Assembly (NCBI GenBank): GCA_001302245.1
Contig: LGYU01000015.1
Location: 96,744-160,743, forward strand
Reading direction: 5' to 3'
Origin: Chitinophagaceae bacterium PMP191F
GTDB lineage: Bacteria > Bacteroidota > Bacteroidia > Chitinophagales > Chitinophagaceae
Length of the DNA: 64,000 bases
Shown: in pieces, positions 30,345-39,942 of the stretch
How positions within the stretch are numbered: position 1 is the stretch's first letter
Layout of the letters: every line of letters starts with the position of its first letter
The notes under the pieces: generated by a model
Databases searched by the model: none
The model's input: the letters and a program-made list of their open reading frames with translations, nothing else
What the model was told of the DNA's origin: nothing
Translations under genes and position numbers: made by a program

Positions 30345-31727
30345 TTACCGATTAAAAAGTAATCGTTGTCCTTGTTGAGATTCATCCCATACCCCGTTTC
30401 CATATACAAGATGTCCATTTATAAAAGTATGTGTAATCGCAGCGGGGAAAGTTGTGTCTTCCAGCGGGCTCCAGCCACATTTGAACAGGATGTTCTGTGG
30501 CGTAACAGTGGTAGTGGTGTTCATATCCACTATCACCAGGTCGGCCCAGTAACCTTCGCGGATAAAACCACGCTGTTCAATCTGGAAACAGGTAGCTACT
30601 GCATGGCTCATTTTTTCTACTACTTTTTCAATAGTGATCCTGCCTTCCTGCACATATTTCAGCATCATCAGTACCGAGTGTTGCACCAGAGGTAAGCCTG
30701 CATGCGATTTTTCGTAAGAGCTGTCAGTGGCTTCCCGCAAAATACCGTTGGCATCTCTGTAATAGCCTTTTTCTTCCAGTGTATGCGGAGCATGATCGGT
30801 TGCAATAACATCCAGCCTGTCGTCCAGCAATGCTTTCCACAGCGCTTCGCGGTTGTTGGGTGTTTTTATGGCCGGGTTGCATTTAATACGATTGCCCAGT
30901 GTTGCATAATCTTCACTGGTAAAATGCAGGTGGTGTACACATACTTCGGAAGTAATGCGTTTATCGGCCAGCGGCAATATATTAGTGAATAATATCAGTT
31001 CTTTTTCTGTGCTGATGTGCAGAATATGCAGGCGCGTTTCATATCTTTTAGCCAGTTGTATGGCAGAGAAAGAAGATTCATAACAACCATTTTCATCGCG
31101 TATACGTGCATGATCTGCCGGTTCCAGCGTTCCCTTTTCTTTTTTGATCCTTTCCAGGTTGTTTTTGATGATCTTTTCATCTTCGCAATGCGTGGCAATC
31201 AATACCTCGCTGTTTTCAAAGATCCTGTTCAGGGTAAGATAGTTGTCAACCAGCAGGCCGCCGGTAGAAGAACCCATAAATATCTTGATGCCGCAGATAT
31301 CTCTTTTCCGGGCATTTACTTTCAGGGCTTCTTCTGCATTATCATTGGAAGTACCCATAAAAAAAGAGTAATTGGCCAGTGATGTTTGGGCGCCGATCTG
31401 GTATTTATTCTCCAGTAGCTCCTGGGTAAATACAGGAGGCACAGTATTGGGCATTTCCATAAAGGAAGTAACGCCGCCTGCTACTGCTGCTTTGGATTCG
31501 GTATAAATAGTAGCTTTATGGGTAAGACCGGGTTCACGGAAATGTACCTGGTCATCAATAGCCCCGGGTAATAAATGTTTGCCGGTTCCGTTTATTTCGG
31601 TAACAGGAAAAGCTGGTTGAATAGAGTCGGCAATTTTTTCGATGCGTCCGTTTTTAACCAACACATCTTTTACGGCAGAAATGCCTTCGTTCACAACAGT
31701 GATATTCTTAATCAGGTAATTTTGCAT
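30345..31727 (-). CDS. pyrC: Dihydroorotase-type cyclic amidohydrolase
   Basis: 460 aa. HxH metal site in DDQVHFREPG. The N-terminal composite domain (ITVVNEG...VLVKNGRIEKI) is typical of long dihydroorotases. An allantoinase or dihydropyrimidinase cannot be fully excluded. Confidence 0.7.
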   Translation of the reverse strand: MQNYLIKNITVVNEGISAVKDVLVKNGRIEKIADSIQPAFPVTEINGTGKHLLPGAIDDQVHFREPGLTHKATIYTESKAAVAGGVTSFMEMPNTVPPVFTQELLENKYQIGAQTSLANYSFFMGTSNDNAEEALKVNARKRDICGIKIFMGSSTGGLLVDNYLTLNRIFENSEVLIATHCEDEKIIKNNLERIKKEKGTLEPADHARIRDENGCYESSFSAIQLAKRYETRLHILHISTEKELILFTNILPLADKRITSEVCVHHLHFTSEDYATLGNRIKCNPAIKTPNNREALWKALLDDRLDVIATDHAPHTLEEKGYYRDANGILREATDSSYEKSHAGLPLVQHSVLMMLKYVQEGRITIEKVVEKMSHAVATCFQIEQRGFIREGYWADLVIVDMNTTTTVTPQNILFKCGWSPLEDTTFPAAITHTFINGHLVYGNGVWDESQQGQRLLFNR

Positions 31728-31759
31728 AACTTGAAATGCTAATCTGTTAAAATCTGAAC

Positions 31760-33451
31760 ATGCAATTTATTGTAAAAACCATTGTCCGGCTGCTGATTTT
31801 ATTGTTACCCCTTACCACTGCTGCCCAGTCTACCTATTTGCCACAAGGCTTTAAACAACAACCCCTGCTTGACAGGTTGGAAATTATGTTGCAGAATAAT
31901 ACAGATCTGAACGTAAGTACAGCAAAACCGCTTAGCCGTAAAGTGGCTGTGCGTGTGGGTGAATATGCAGATTCACTGCAGCAGGCAGGTTCGCTTAACC
32001 TGTCGAAAGTTGACCAGTACAACCTGCAAAGCCTGCTGATGAATAATGATGAATGGGTGCAGGGCGATAAAAGTTCTTTTACCAGCAAAAGAAGTATCTG
32101 GAACACGTTCTATAAAACCAAAGCGAATTTTTTTGAGGTCAACGAGAAAGACTTTTACCTGGCTATTAACCCGGTAATTCAGCAACAACAATCTATTGAG
32201 ACCGGCAATAGCGGCCAGCGTATTTTTCTCAACTCCAAGGGTGCTACTTTTCGTGGGATGATCGCAAAAAAACTGGGATTTTCTTTTTATGCTACCGATA
32301 ACCAGGAGCGGGGACCTTTGTTTGTTCAACAACGTATACGCGAGTTTAATGCAGTACCGGGCGCCGGTTTTTATAAACCTTTTAAAACCACCGCTACCGA
32401 TTATTTTGATGCCAGAGGTTCTATCAACTTCACTGCTGTAAAGTATATAGATGTACAGTTTGGATATGATAAGAACTTTATTGGCAATGGTTACCGCAGT
32501 TTGTTCCTGAGCGATTATGGCAACAGCTACCTGTTTCTGAAACTCAATACCCGCATCTGGAAGCTGGACTACATGAACCTGTTTATGGAGCTTACCAACC
32601 AGTTTGCCAATAATAATGGAGATAACCTGCTGGATAAAAAATATGCAGCTATCCATCACCTGAGCTTACAGGCAACCCGCTGGCTGAATGTTGGTTTGTT
32701 TGAGTCCGTGGTATTTGGCCGTAAAAATCATTTCGATTTTGCTTATCTCAACCCCATTATCTTTTTGCGTGTGGCCGAGCAACAAAATGGCAGTGCGGAT
32801 AATGCCCTGGTGGGATTTGATTTTAAAGCCAATGTGGCTAAACGTTTACAGTTGTACGGACAGGTGTTGTTCGATGAGTTTAATCTGAAAGAGTTGAAAG
32901 CCGGCAAAGGCTGGTGGGCCAATAAATTCGGTATCCAGGGCGGGGCTAAATATATCAATGCCTTTGGTGTCAAAAATCTTGATCTGCAGGGTGAGATCAA
33001 CCTGGTACGTCCGTTTACGTATACACATACTGATTCTGTTTCTAATTATACGCATTATAACCAGCCACTGGCACATCCGCTGGGGGCAAATTTTATGGAA
33101 GCAATTGGTATTGTTCGTTATCAGCCGCATCCTAAATGGACCACCTCTGCCCGTTTGATCCTGTACAGGCAGGGTGCTGATACAGCTAATACCAATTATG
33201 GTTCCAATATTTTCAAACTCAACGGTACCCGTACGGGTGATTACGGATTCAGGTTGCCTGCAGGGCCACGTACTACCGCATTGAATACACAATTGCTGGT
33301 GTCTTACGAGTTGAAAGAAAACCTGTTTATTGATGCCTCTGCATTGATCCGTAGCTGGAAGGCTGCATTTGATCCGTCATTAAATACCAAAACAAACCTG
33401 TTCACCATTGCAGTACGCATGAATATGTTCAGGAGAGAATATGACTATTAG
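31760..33451 (+). CDS. Hypothetical secreted protein, probably an outer-membrane beta-barrel (possibly Wzi-like)
   Basis: Signal peptide LLILLLPLTTAAQS. 563 aa, rich in alternating aromatic/polar beta-strand patterns, with the C-terminal ...RMNMFRREYDY. The Wzi-like suggestion is a guess. Confidence 0.4.
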   Translation: MQFIVKTIVRLLILLLPLTTAAQSTYLPQGFKQQPLLDRLEIMLQNNTDLNVSTAKPLSRKVAVRVGEYADSLQQAGSLNLSKVDQYNLQSLLMNNDEWVQGDKSSFTSKRSIWNTFYKTKANFFEVNEKDFYLAINPVIQQQQSIETGNSGQRIFLNSKGATFRGMIAKKLGFSFYATDNQERGPLFVQQRIREFNAVPGAGFYKPFKTTATDYFDARGSINFTAVKYIDVQFGYDKNFIGNGYRSLFLSDYGNSYLFLKLNTRIWKLDYMNLFMELTNQFANNNGDNLLDKKYAAIHHLSLQATRWLNVGLFESVVFGRKNHFDFAYLNPIIFLRVAEQQNGSADNALVGFDFKANVAKRLQLYGQVLFDEFNLKELKAGKGWWANKFGIQGGAKYINAFGVKNLDLQGEINLVRPFTYTHTDSVSNYTHYNQPLAHPLGANFMEAIGIVRYQPHPKWTTSARLILYRQGADTANTNYGSNIFKLNGTRTGDYGFRLPAGPRTTALNTQLLVSYELKENLFIDASALIRSWKAAFDPSLNTKTNLFTIAVRMNMFRREYDY

Positions 33452-33492
33452 GAGATGAGGCAGGAGGCATGAAGTAAGATATCTGATATTGC

Positions 33493-33538
33493 ATCAAGGG
33501 CCGTCATCCTGAAAGATGACGGCCCTTGATCTTTTTAT
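33493..33538. terminator. Strong hairpin terminator between convergent genes
   Basis: Perfect 16-bp stem atcaagggccgtcatc/gatgacggcccttgat with a 6-nt loop, followed by cttttt on the + strand. Confidence 0.7.
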
Positions 33539-33603
33539 AACCCAATTACTTTTATGATCGGATTGCTTTAAGTATGCGGCTAACCGTACTTCGTATTTAT
33601 TCG

Positions 33604-34293
33604 CTATCCTTCAAATATCAGCGAGAATACGATCATCCGGGTGCTTAAGCGATCGATAGTGTTGGAATATTTCAGGTTTGCGTCGCGTGAATGGATGTTG
33701 GAGATACCATTGCTGAATTTGATCTCCGGCGACAGGATGAATACCGGGAAATAGAAGTTGAAACCAATGCCGCCTTCTACTGCCAGGTTGTATTTGTTCA
33801 GTTTTACCAGGTCTTCCGCACGACGGGCTGTAGAGTTGGAAGCAAGGTCGTATTCAAACTTACCACCCGCAAACATATATACCCGGAAATTATCAATACG
33901 ATCTGAACGCAGTTTAAAATGTATGGGTAAACCTACCAGTATTGACTCAATACGTTTGGTCATGATAGGTTTTTCATCCTTTGTAGGATCGGGATATTTA
34001 AGATGATACGTGAGGTTTTTGTACGCAAACATAAATTCGGGTAAGCTGGCGCGTATCTCAAACCGTTTGGATAAGCGGAATGTAAACATGCCGGATAATC
34101 CAAAACCACCTGCATTTTCAGGTTCTACTACCGTTATACTGTCGTTCTGCAGAAACAACGGGTGCTGTGCTACCTGCAGGCGCGAGGTATTGTACATCAG
34201 CCCTATGCCAAGGTAGTACGGCTTATCATCATGATTGGGAAGATTGAGTTCCTTCTGTGCCACGCATGATAAAGAGGCCACCAATAAAAACAT
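33604..34293 (-). CDS. PorT/SprT-like small outer-membrane beta-barrel protein (OMP_b-brl_2 type)
   Basis: About 230 aa after a signal peptide (MFLLVASLSCVAQ at the preferred start 34293). Alternating beta-strand pattern and C-terminal aromatic residue. The track start at 34350 would overlap ubiE by 37 bp. Confidence 0.5.
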   Translation of the reverse strand: MFLLVASLSCVAQKELNLPNHDDKPYYLGIGLMYNTSRLQVAQHPLFLQNDSITVVEPENAGGFGLSGMFTFRLSKRFEIRASLPEFMFAYKNLTYHLKYPDPTKDEKPIMTKRIESILVGLPIHFKLRSDRIDNFRVYMFAGGKFEYDLASNSTARRAEDLVKLNKYNLAVEGGIGFNFYFPVFILSPEIKFSNGISNIHSRDANLKYSNTIDRLSTRMIVFSLIFEG

Positions 34294-34313
34294 CAGCACT
34301 GCTGCCGGTTGTA

Positions 34314-35066
34314 CTAACCGATTCTTTTTCTTCCGCAATAGATTGTACATATTCCTAGACTCAAGCGTTTTAGCGTGGTTTCTTTAAACCCGACTTGTTG
34401 TAAAATGTGTAGAAATGTTTCGCCTTCAGGAAATGCTTTTACTGATTTGTTTAAATATTGATATGCTTCTTTGTTCTTTGATACCAGTTGCCCTGCACCC
34501 GGTGCAATCACTTTCATGTACACGTTGTACAATCCTTTGAACCACACCTTGCGGGGTTGCGAAAATTCCAGGATCATTACCTTACCACCGGGTTTTAATA
34601 CCCTGAACATTTCACTCAATCCTTTTTCCAGGTTCTCAAAATTGCGCACTCCAAAGGCAACAGTAATCGCATCAAACGTATTGTCCGCAAAATTTATTGC
34701 CTCACTATCCCCACTCTGTAGTTCTATATGATTATTTAACAATAGTTTATCGATCTTCTGACGACCTATTTCCAGCATCTTTTCTGAAATATCTATGCCA
34801 ATTATACTGTTGGGTTGCAGGTATTTATAGGTGGTAATGGCCAGATCGGCAGTGCCGGTTGCCACATCCAGCACCAGTTGGGGCTTTATTTCCTGCAACT
34901 CGCGTATGGCCCTTCTTCGCCAGTAAATGTCAATTCCGCCTGAAAGGAAACGGTTTAAAAAATCGTACCTGAATGCGATCTGGTCAAACATATTGGCCAC
35001 CTGCTGCTTCTTGCTCTGCTCCGACTCTCCGAAGGGTACTATCGTATCGTGTGAATATTTTGACAT
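34314..35066 (-). CDS. ubiE: Demethylmenaquinone / ubiquinone-biosynthesis C-methyltransferase
   Basis: FDQIAFRYDFLNRFLSGGIDIYWRRRA. SAM motif I VLDVATGTADLAI. Post-I and motif II are present. Confidence 0.85.
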   Translation of the reverse strand: MSKYSHDTIVPFGESEQSKKQQVANMFDQIAFRYDFLNRFLSGGIDIYWRRRAIRELQEIKPQLVLDVATGTADLAITTYKYLQPNSIIGIDISEKMLEIGRQKIDKLLLNNHIELQSGDSEAINFADNTFDAITVAFGVRNFENLEKGLSEMFRVLKPGGKVMILEFSQPRKVWFKGLYNVYMKVIAPGAGQLVSKNKEAYQYLNKSVKAFPEGETFLHILQQVGFKETTLKRLSLGICTIYCGRKRIG

Positions 35067-35093
35067 GAGGCAGCAAAGATAGTGAAAGGCATA

Positions 35094-35279
35094 TTATATC
35101 CATCCTTCGCGAATTGCCCGGGCTATCAGTTGCACACTGGTTCCGGCGCCTGTTTTAGTCATCATATTTTTACGGTGCTTGTCCACTGTTTCCCGGCTGA
35201 TATTCAAAATGGTGGCAGTTTCTTTACTCTGATTGCCATTGATCAGTTCTTTGAGCACTTGTTTTTCGCGCGTACTCAA
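35094..35279 (-). CDS. Stand-alone LuxR-type HTH protein (61 aa)
   Basis: REKQVLKELINGNQSKETATILNISRETVDKHRKNMMTKTGA is a complete LuxR/GerE HTH with no receiver domain. It may have an upstream non-ATG start. Confidence 0.55.
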   Translation of the reverse strand: MSTREKQVLKELINGNQSKETATILNISRETVDKHRKNMMTKTGAGTSVQLIARAIREGWI

Positions 35280-35586
35280 TACCTCTTTTGATGGTTTGAA
35301 AACTTCTTACATCCACAGATGCTGCTGGCAATATTTATATCAGCGACAAGGGAAATAACAGGGTTCAGCGTTGGGCGCAATAAAAGTATAAGGACCTCCG
35401 ATAGCAAACAACCCGGTACCGCAAGGTCCGGGTTATTTTGTTACCGGCAAATGGTGGTACTATCAGCCGCCGTTGCGTCGCACACTTGTACTATACCACG
35501 CTATGCAGCTACCTTTTCTGAGCAGCCCTTTCAACCCGGAATACCGAACCCGGAACCAGTTACGGCCTTTGCCGTATCTTGCACCC

Positions 35587-36228
35587 ATGATTATCAAAAC
35601 GGCGCAATATCTTATCAGCAGTCCCGATTATACCAAATGTCCTGCGCCGGACAGGCCTGAATATGCTTTTATTGGTCGCAGTAACGTGGGTAAATCGTCG
35701 CTGATCAATATGCTGTGCGATAACCAGAAGCTGGCAAAAACCTCTGGTTCTCCCGGTAAAACGCAACTCATTAATCATTTTATCATTGAGAGTACTGTTG
35801 CCAGTGGTAAAAGCGCTGATAAATGGTACCTGGTCGATCTGCCGGGTTATGGTTTTGCCAAAGTTTCGCAAAGTCAGCGCAGACAGTGGGAGCAGATGAT
35901 CGAAAACTATCTGCGCAAACGGGAGAATCTTATCAATGTATTTGTATTGCTGGACGGTCGCCACGAACCACAGAAAATTGATCTTGAATTTGTAGATCAA
36001 CTGGGAGCCTGGAACATTCCGTTCTGCCTGGTGTTTACCAAGGCCGATAAAGAAAGCCAGCGTGAAGTAGGAAAGAACGTACGTTCTTTCCTGGACGCTA
36101 TGCGTAAGACCTGGCAGTTCTTACCACGTCATTTTGTAACCAGTGCCGTGAAAAAACTGGGCAGAGATAAAATGCTGCAGTTCATTGAAGAAACGAATGC
36201 AGAGGTGAAAGATAATTTGAAGATGTGA
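35587..36228 (+). CDS. engB: Ribosome-biogenesis GTPase EngB/YsxC/YihA
   Basis: PEYAFIGRSNVGKSSLIN (G1), DLPGYG (G3), TKADK (G4). The preferred ATG is at 35587 (MIIKTAQY...). The track ORF has a 38-aa upstream extension. Confidence 0.85.
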   Translation: MIIKTAQYLISSPDYTKCPAPDRPEYAFIGRSNVGKSSLINMLCDNQKLAKTSGSPGKTQLINHFIIESTVASGKSADKWYLVDLPGYGFAKVSQSQRRQWEQMIENYLRKRENLINVFVLLDGRHEPQKIDLEFVDQLGAWNIPFCLVFTKADKESQREVGKNVRSFLDAMRKTWQFLPRHFVTSAVKKLGRDKMLQFIEETNAEVKDNLKM

Positions 36229-36433
36229 TAAGGCAGTATGCTTAACGCGAAGATGGGTTGTAAGTAAGGCCAAATGCTTAATGCGGAAATACCTTTGCTG
36301 TCCTGGCGTAATCCTTATGCGGCTTTGCGTGAAACTTAAATCTGCAATTTTACTTTTTTATAGGGGAGACAATTCCCTAAGCCGTGCGTACACAGCTTTT
36401 GAATCATTGGTGGGGAGAAGCCAACGGAGGTTA

Positions 36434-36907
36434 CTAGTTCACTATCTTGTTGGCGCAGCTACTGCTGGCAAAGGCTTCTGGTTTGGCTTTAAAGGCAAAG
36501 CCCATACCTAGTATATATCCCATTGCTTCTTTCAGCGCATCATTGCTTTTAAAATGCGGATTGGTATTAATGTCCGCATGCACCTCCATGTCCACATCGT
36601 ACTTATTGAACAGGTTACAGAGGTCATAAGCAATTTCAATGCTCTTTGCTACTTCCACCAACATACGTTCCTTGATACTGTATTGCTGTCTTGTTTTTTC
36701 ATTGTGAATGAACATGAATCCTCCATGTCCTTCACGCAGAAAAACAATTACTGTTGCAAACTCAGTTTCGGAACCTTTTACCTGTGAATCTGTACCGATG
36801 CATACCTTAAGATGGTAGCCTTTTTTTGTCTCACGTTGAATAGCTTTTTCAACTGCTTCGATGATAGGCAAATCAATCTGTTCGCCATTAAATTTTCTCC
36901 AAATCAT
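36434..36907 (-). CDS. YkuK/DUF458-family RNase H-like protein
   Basis: 157 aa. The blocks KVCIGTDSQ and ATVIVF, plus its size, match the YkuK family. Function unknown. Confidence 0.6.
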   Translation of the reverse strand: MIWRKFNGEQIDLPIIEAVEKAIQRETKKGYHLKVCIGTDSQVKGSETEFATVIVFLREGHGGFMFIHNEKTRQQYSIKERMLVEVAKSIEIAYDLCNLFNKYDVDMEVHADINTNPHFKSNDALKEAMGYILGMGFAFKAKPEAFASSSCANKIVN

Positions 36908-37026
36908 AGTGAATTGGGTTTTCCGAATTTAACGAAAAACAGGCTGATGGCCAAAAAAGCGGCTTTAGCGGTATTTAAATCACAATTAATTAACGGATGC
37001 CGGGGGGGCTGATAGCTGCCCGGACA

Positions 37027-37059
37027 AATAAAAAAAGGGGATGGCATTACGCCATCCCC
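37027..37059 (-). terminator. Rho-independent terminator for the metalloprotease gene (minus strand)
   Basis: 9-bp stem ggggatggc/gccatcccc with a 5-nt loop. Preceded on + by an A8 run, which is a U-run on the minus transcript. Confidence 0.65.
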
Positions 37060-37092
37060 TTGCGGTTGCCTTGTGGGTTCAGGGGTTGCTCT

Positions 37093-38679
37093 TTATTGTT
37101 TAACCAGTTTGCGGGTTTGTGTTTCTGTACCAGCCTGTACACGCAGTAGCAATAATCCTTTGGGCGTATTGTAAGTGCTAATGCGGTTATATCCTGCTGT
37201 TAGTGTTCCTTTCTGCAGTAAACGGCCGGTCTCATCCAATAGCTGGTATTGATATTCTTTTGATGCTGTTACGGTTATGATATCTGTTACCAGTGTATTG
37301 TTTACGGTAAAACCACTCTCTGCTGATTCGCGCAGCGGTAATATATTGGAATAGTAAGCTCTTTCTTCCGATACCGTGATCACCCTTGCGCGGTAGTATA
37401 AAGTACCGTTGGTAAAGGGTTTCCAGGAAAACGACCTGGTGTCGGATGGCAACTGTACAAAGGTATTGAACTGTTTGCCGTCGGTTGAATATTGCAGTTC
37501 GGTCTGTTTGATGGGTTCATCAGCCTGGTAATCCCAGTTCAATGTATGTGCTGTTGTGGTAACATTGCCTTTCAGGGTTAACCGGTGTACAGGTAATGCA
37601 GTACCGATCGAACCACTGATCAGGTAATAACCAACACTATTGAAATCGGATAAAAAAGCATTGCTTACACCATCTATTACCAGGTAATAAGTACCACTGT
37701 TCAGGTTGCTGTCAATACCTGCACTCAGCAATTCTGCAGGATTGTATCGGTTAATAGTATCCGCATACTGATTCAGCAGGGATATCTTGATGTCCACATT
37801 AGCGCCGGCATTACTGCTGCCCACGTTTTGTGGTATGGCACTAAGCCTGAAATTAGTGGGAGAGTTAAGCGTGAACTTGAATACGTCCCGGTCACTTTCA
37901 TTGTTGATAAGACCACTGGCTTCAAAATCAATACCAGACATTGTAATGGGCGTAGCCCCTATATGTGTATTGGAATGATCATCCGGACGCAGACCAAAAT
38001 TGTTAGGGCTTCCGGCAATGATACTGATATCATCCTGCCATACATTACAACCTTTGATATTGCGGCCGTAATACCAGGTGGTAAGATTGCGTGAATAAGA
38101 TTTGCCCATGATCGGTGCCCAGCCTATTTCGCCATTACCACGACCAGTGGAATATTCTTCTTTCAGTGAACAGTTGTCATCGTAATTGCTCTGGTGTTGT
38201 AAACCCAGTGTATGTCCTGCTTCGTGTGATATCGCTTCGGCAATATTTTTGGAGTTGTTGCTCAACAGCGGCGCAAAAACCCACCCGGGAGTATTATCGC
38301 CCCATGTAAATGAGCCTACATACGATACGCCGCCTGCACTGCTGCCATACCACTGGTAGGTGGAAGTAATGATGATGCGCACCCGTTGTGCAACAGGTGC
38401 ATTTTTGTAGGTATTAGAGTCTGTGGTGATGTTGACATTAAAAATGCGGTAATCTTCCGATACCCGGTTAAATATTTCGGTGATCGCATCAGCGGAAAGT
38501 GCTGGTGGCTGGGCATTGATCGGACCGGCCCAGTTCCATCCTGTACCACGTACATGTTCACCATCAAAATCAAGATAAATGGTAGCCCTGGAAGATGGGT
38601 AACTGCTTAATACAGGTACCTGCGCTTCTGCGCGACTGGATATTGCAATAAAAAAAAGTACAGCGTAAAATGTTTTCAT
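37093..38679 (-). CDS. Secreted metzincin-type zinc metalloprotease with a T9SS C-terminal sorting domain
   Basis: Signal peptide. HEAGHTLGLQH (HExxHxxGxxH). A middle beta-rich domain. C-terminal roughly 80 aa with the T9SS CTD pattern (...YQYQLLDETGRLLQKGTL...LLLRVQAGTETQTRKLVKQ). Confidence 0.7.
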   Translation of the reverse strand: MKTFYAVLFFIAISSRAEAQVPVLSSYPSSRATIYLDFDGEHVRGTGWNWAGPINAQPPALSADAITEIFNRVSEDYRIFNVNITTDSNTYKNAPVAQRVRIIITSTYQWYGSSAGGVSYVGSFTWGDNTPGWVFAPLLSNNSKNIAEAISHEAGHTLGLQHQSNYDDNCSLKEEYSTGRGNGEIGWAPIMGKSYSRNLTTWYYGRNIKGCNVWQDDISIIAGSPNNFGLRPDDHSNTHIGATPITMSGIDFEASGLINNESDRDVFKFTLNSPTNFRLSAIPQNVGSSNAGANVDIKISLLNQYADTINRYNPAELLSAGIDSNLNSGTYYLVIDGVSNAFLSDFNSVGYYLISGSIGTALPVHRLTLKGNVTTTAHTLNWDYQADEPIKQTELQYSTDGKQFNTFVQLPSDTRSFSWKPFTNGTLYYRARVITVSEERAYYSNILPLRESAESGFTVNNTLVTDIITVTASKEYQYQLLDETGRLLQKGTLTAGYNRISTYNTPKGLLLLRVQAGTETQTRKLVKQ

Positions 38680-38727
38680 GATACAGCATTACAGGTTCAC
38701 AAATGGTAGGTACTTCATGTTGGCAGG

Positions 38728-39192
38728 TTATTCGGTCATTAAGAATTTGCGTGATTCTTTTACCAGGAAATACCTGTTGTTCTCCTGCTTCAGCAGTAAA
38801 ATATCGCCAGACTGCGGATGAATAATCCTGCCTGAGATCCTGTATGTATTATCGGGTTGGGTTAGTAAAGTGAGATTGAGTAGTGCTCCGTCATAATTGG
38901 CCAAACGGAGATTCAGGGTAGTTACACTATCTGTTTGCTGTACCCTGTCTGTAACCTCTCCGTTCAGCGAAATATCGCCGGATAGCTGGATGGTAACAGC
39001 GTCTGCCATACGGGCATTACAAAGCCTGTGCAGCTCTTTTACATTACATTCTGTTTTTGCGGAAACTCTCGCAAATAGCTCAGGTCTGGAAGGAGCAACC
39101 TGTCTGAATTGTGGTTCTGCGTGTTGTGCAGAAACAATTGTGGTGGAAAGCAGGCATACCAGCAGCCCCCCTGCGGCACATAGGTTTTTCAT
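38728..39192 (-). CDS. Hypothetical secreted protein encoded 48 bp upstream of, and co-oriented with, the metalloprotease gene
   Basis: 154 aa. Signal peptide LLVCLLSTTIVSAQ. No known motif. Confidence 0.45.
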   Translation of the reverse strand: MKNLCAAGGLLVCLLSTTIVSAQHAEPQFRQVAPSRPELFARVSAKTECNVKELHRLCNARMADAVTIQLSGDISLNGEVTDRVQQTDSVTTLNLRLANYDGALLNLTLLTQPDNTYRISGRIIHPQSGDILLLKQENNRYFLVKESRKFLMTE

Positions 39193-39343
39193 TACGTTAA
39201 GTTTAACGTTCAGGAATTGGATTGTCAGTCATCTTGGGGGTACGGTCAACGATTCTACAGGATAAGGTTGGTTGTTAGTGATAACAACGGAGATATGAGG
39301 CTATTATTTTACGCGGGAGCAAAAAAATTATAACTCGTTAAGT

Positions 39344-39712
39344 TTAGTATTGCCCGGTGCTTAATAAAACCAGGGTACAGGCTTCTACGGGCTGTATATT
39401 GTTATTGCGGGCCAGTTCGGCCAGTGCTTGGTTTTCGGTGCCGGGGTTAAAAATGATGCGTTTGGGATGCAGCCCGATAATATAATCGTAATATTCCTGC
39501 TGATGGCCGGGATTGAGGTACAGTGTAACTGTATCTATGTCAGTAAGCGCTTTTTTTTCAGTGTCAATATCCACATCAGCCACTTTTCCCTTTTTGCGGC
39601 CTATTGCCACCACCGGATGACCATTGGCGCGTAAACGGTTTGCTGCCAGGTAACTATAGCGCGCCGGATTTTCAGATGCCCCCAATACCAGTGTTTTCTT
39701 TGTGGTTGCCAT
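39344..39712 (-). CDS. CoA-binding domain protein (YccU-like)
   Basis: 122 aa. KTLVLGASENPARYSYLAANRLRANGHPVVAIG is typical of CoA_binding_2. Confidence 0.75.
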   Translation of the reverse strand: MATTKKTLVLGASENPARYSYLAANRLRANGHPVVAIGRKKGKVADVDIDTEKKALTDIDTVTLYLNPGHQQEYYDYIIGLHPKRIIFNPGTENQALAELARNNNIQPVEACTLVLLSTGQY

Positions 39713-39942
39713 TGCTTTACTGCTTTGTTGCGAATGTATCTAATTATAACAATGAGGCAGGGGATTTGTTTGCAGAGAGAAGTTGTAGATTGTAAGTGAT
39801 AGGTTATAGGTTAGGGATCGCTGCGGGGAGAAGATTGTATTTATACCGGAGTCTAAAAGGTCAACCGCAGAGAAAATGAGGAGCATAGGTTTACGCAGAG
39901 ATGTTCCAAACCTAATATCTGCAAACTATAACTTAATACTTC

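Noticed and set aside
36229-36433. Imperfect direct repeat atgcttaacgcgaag / atgcttaatgcggaa between convergent engB and ykuK-like genes
   Set aside because: It is short and imperfect, with no flanking hairpin or T-run. Most likely chance similarity in a 3' UTR.
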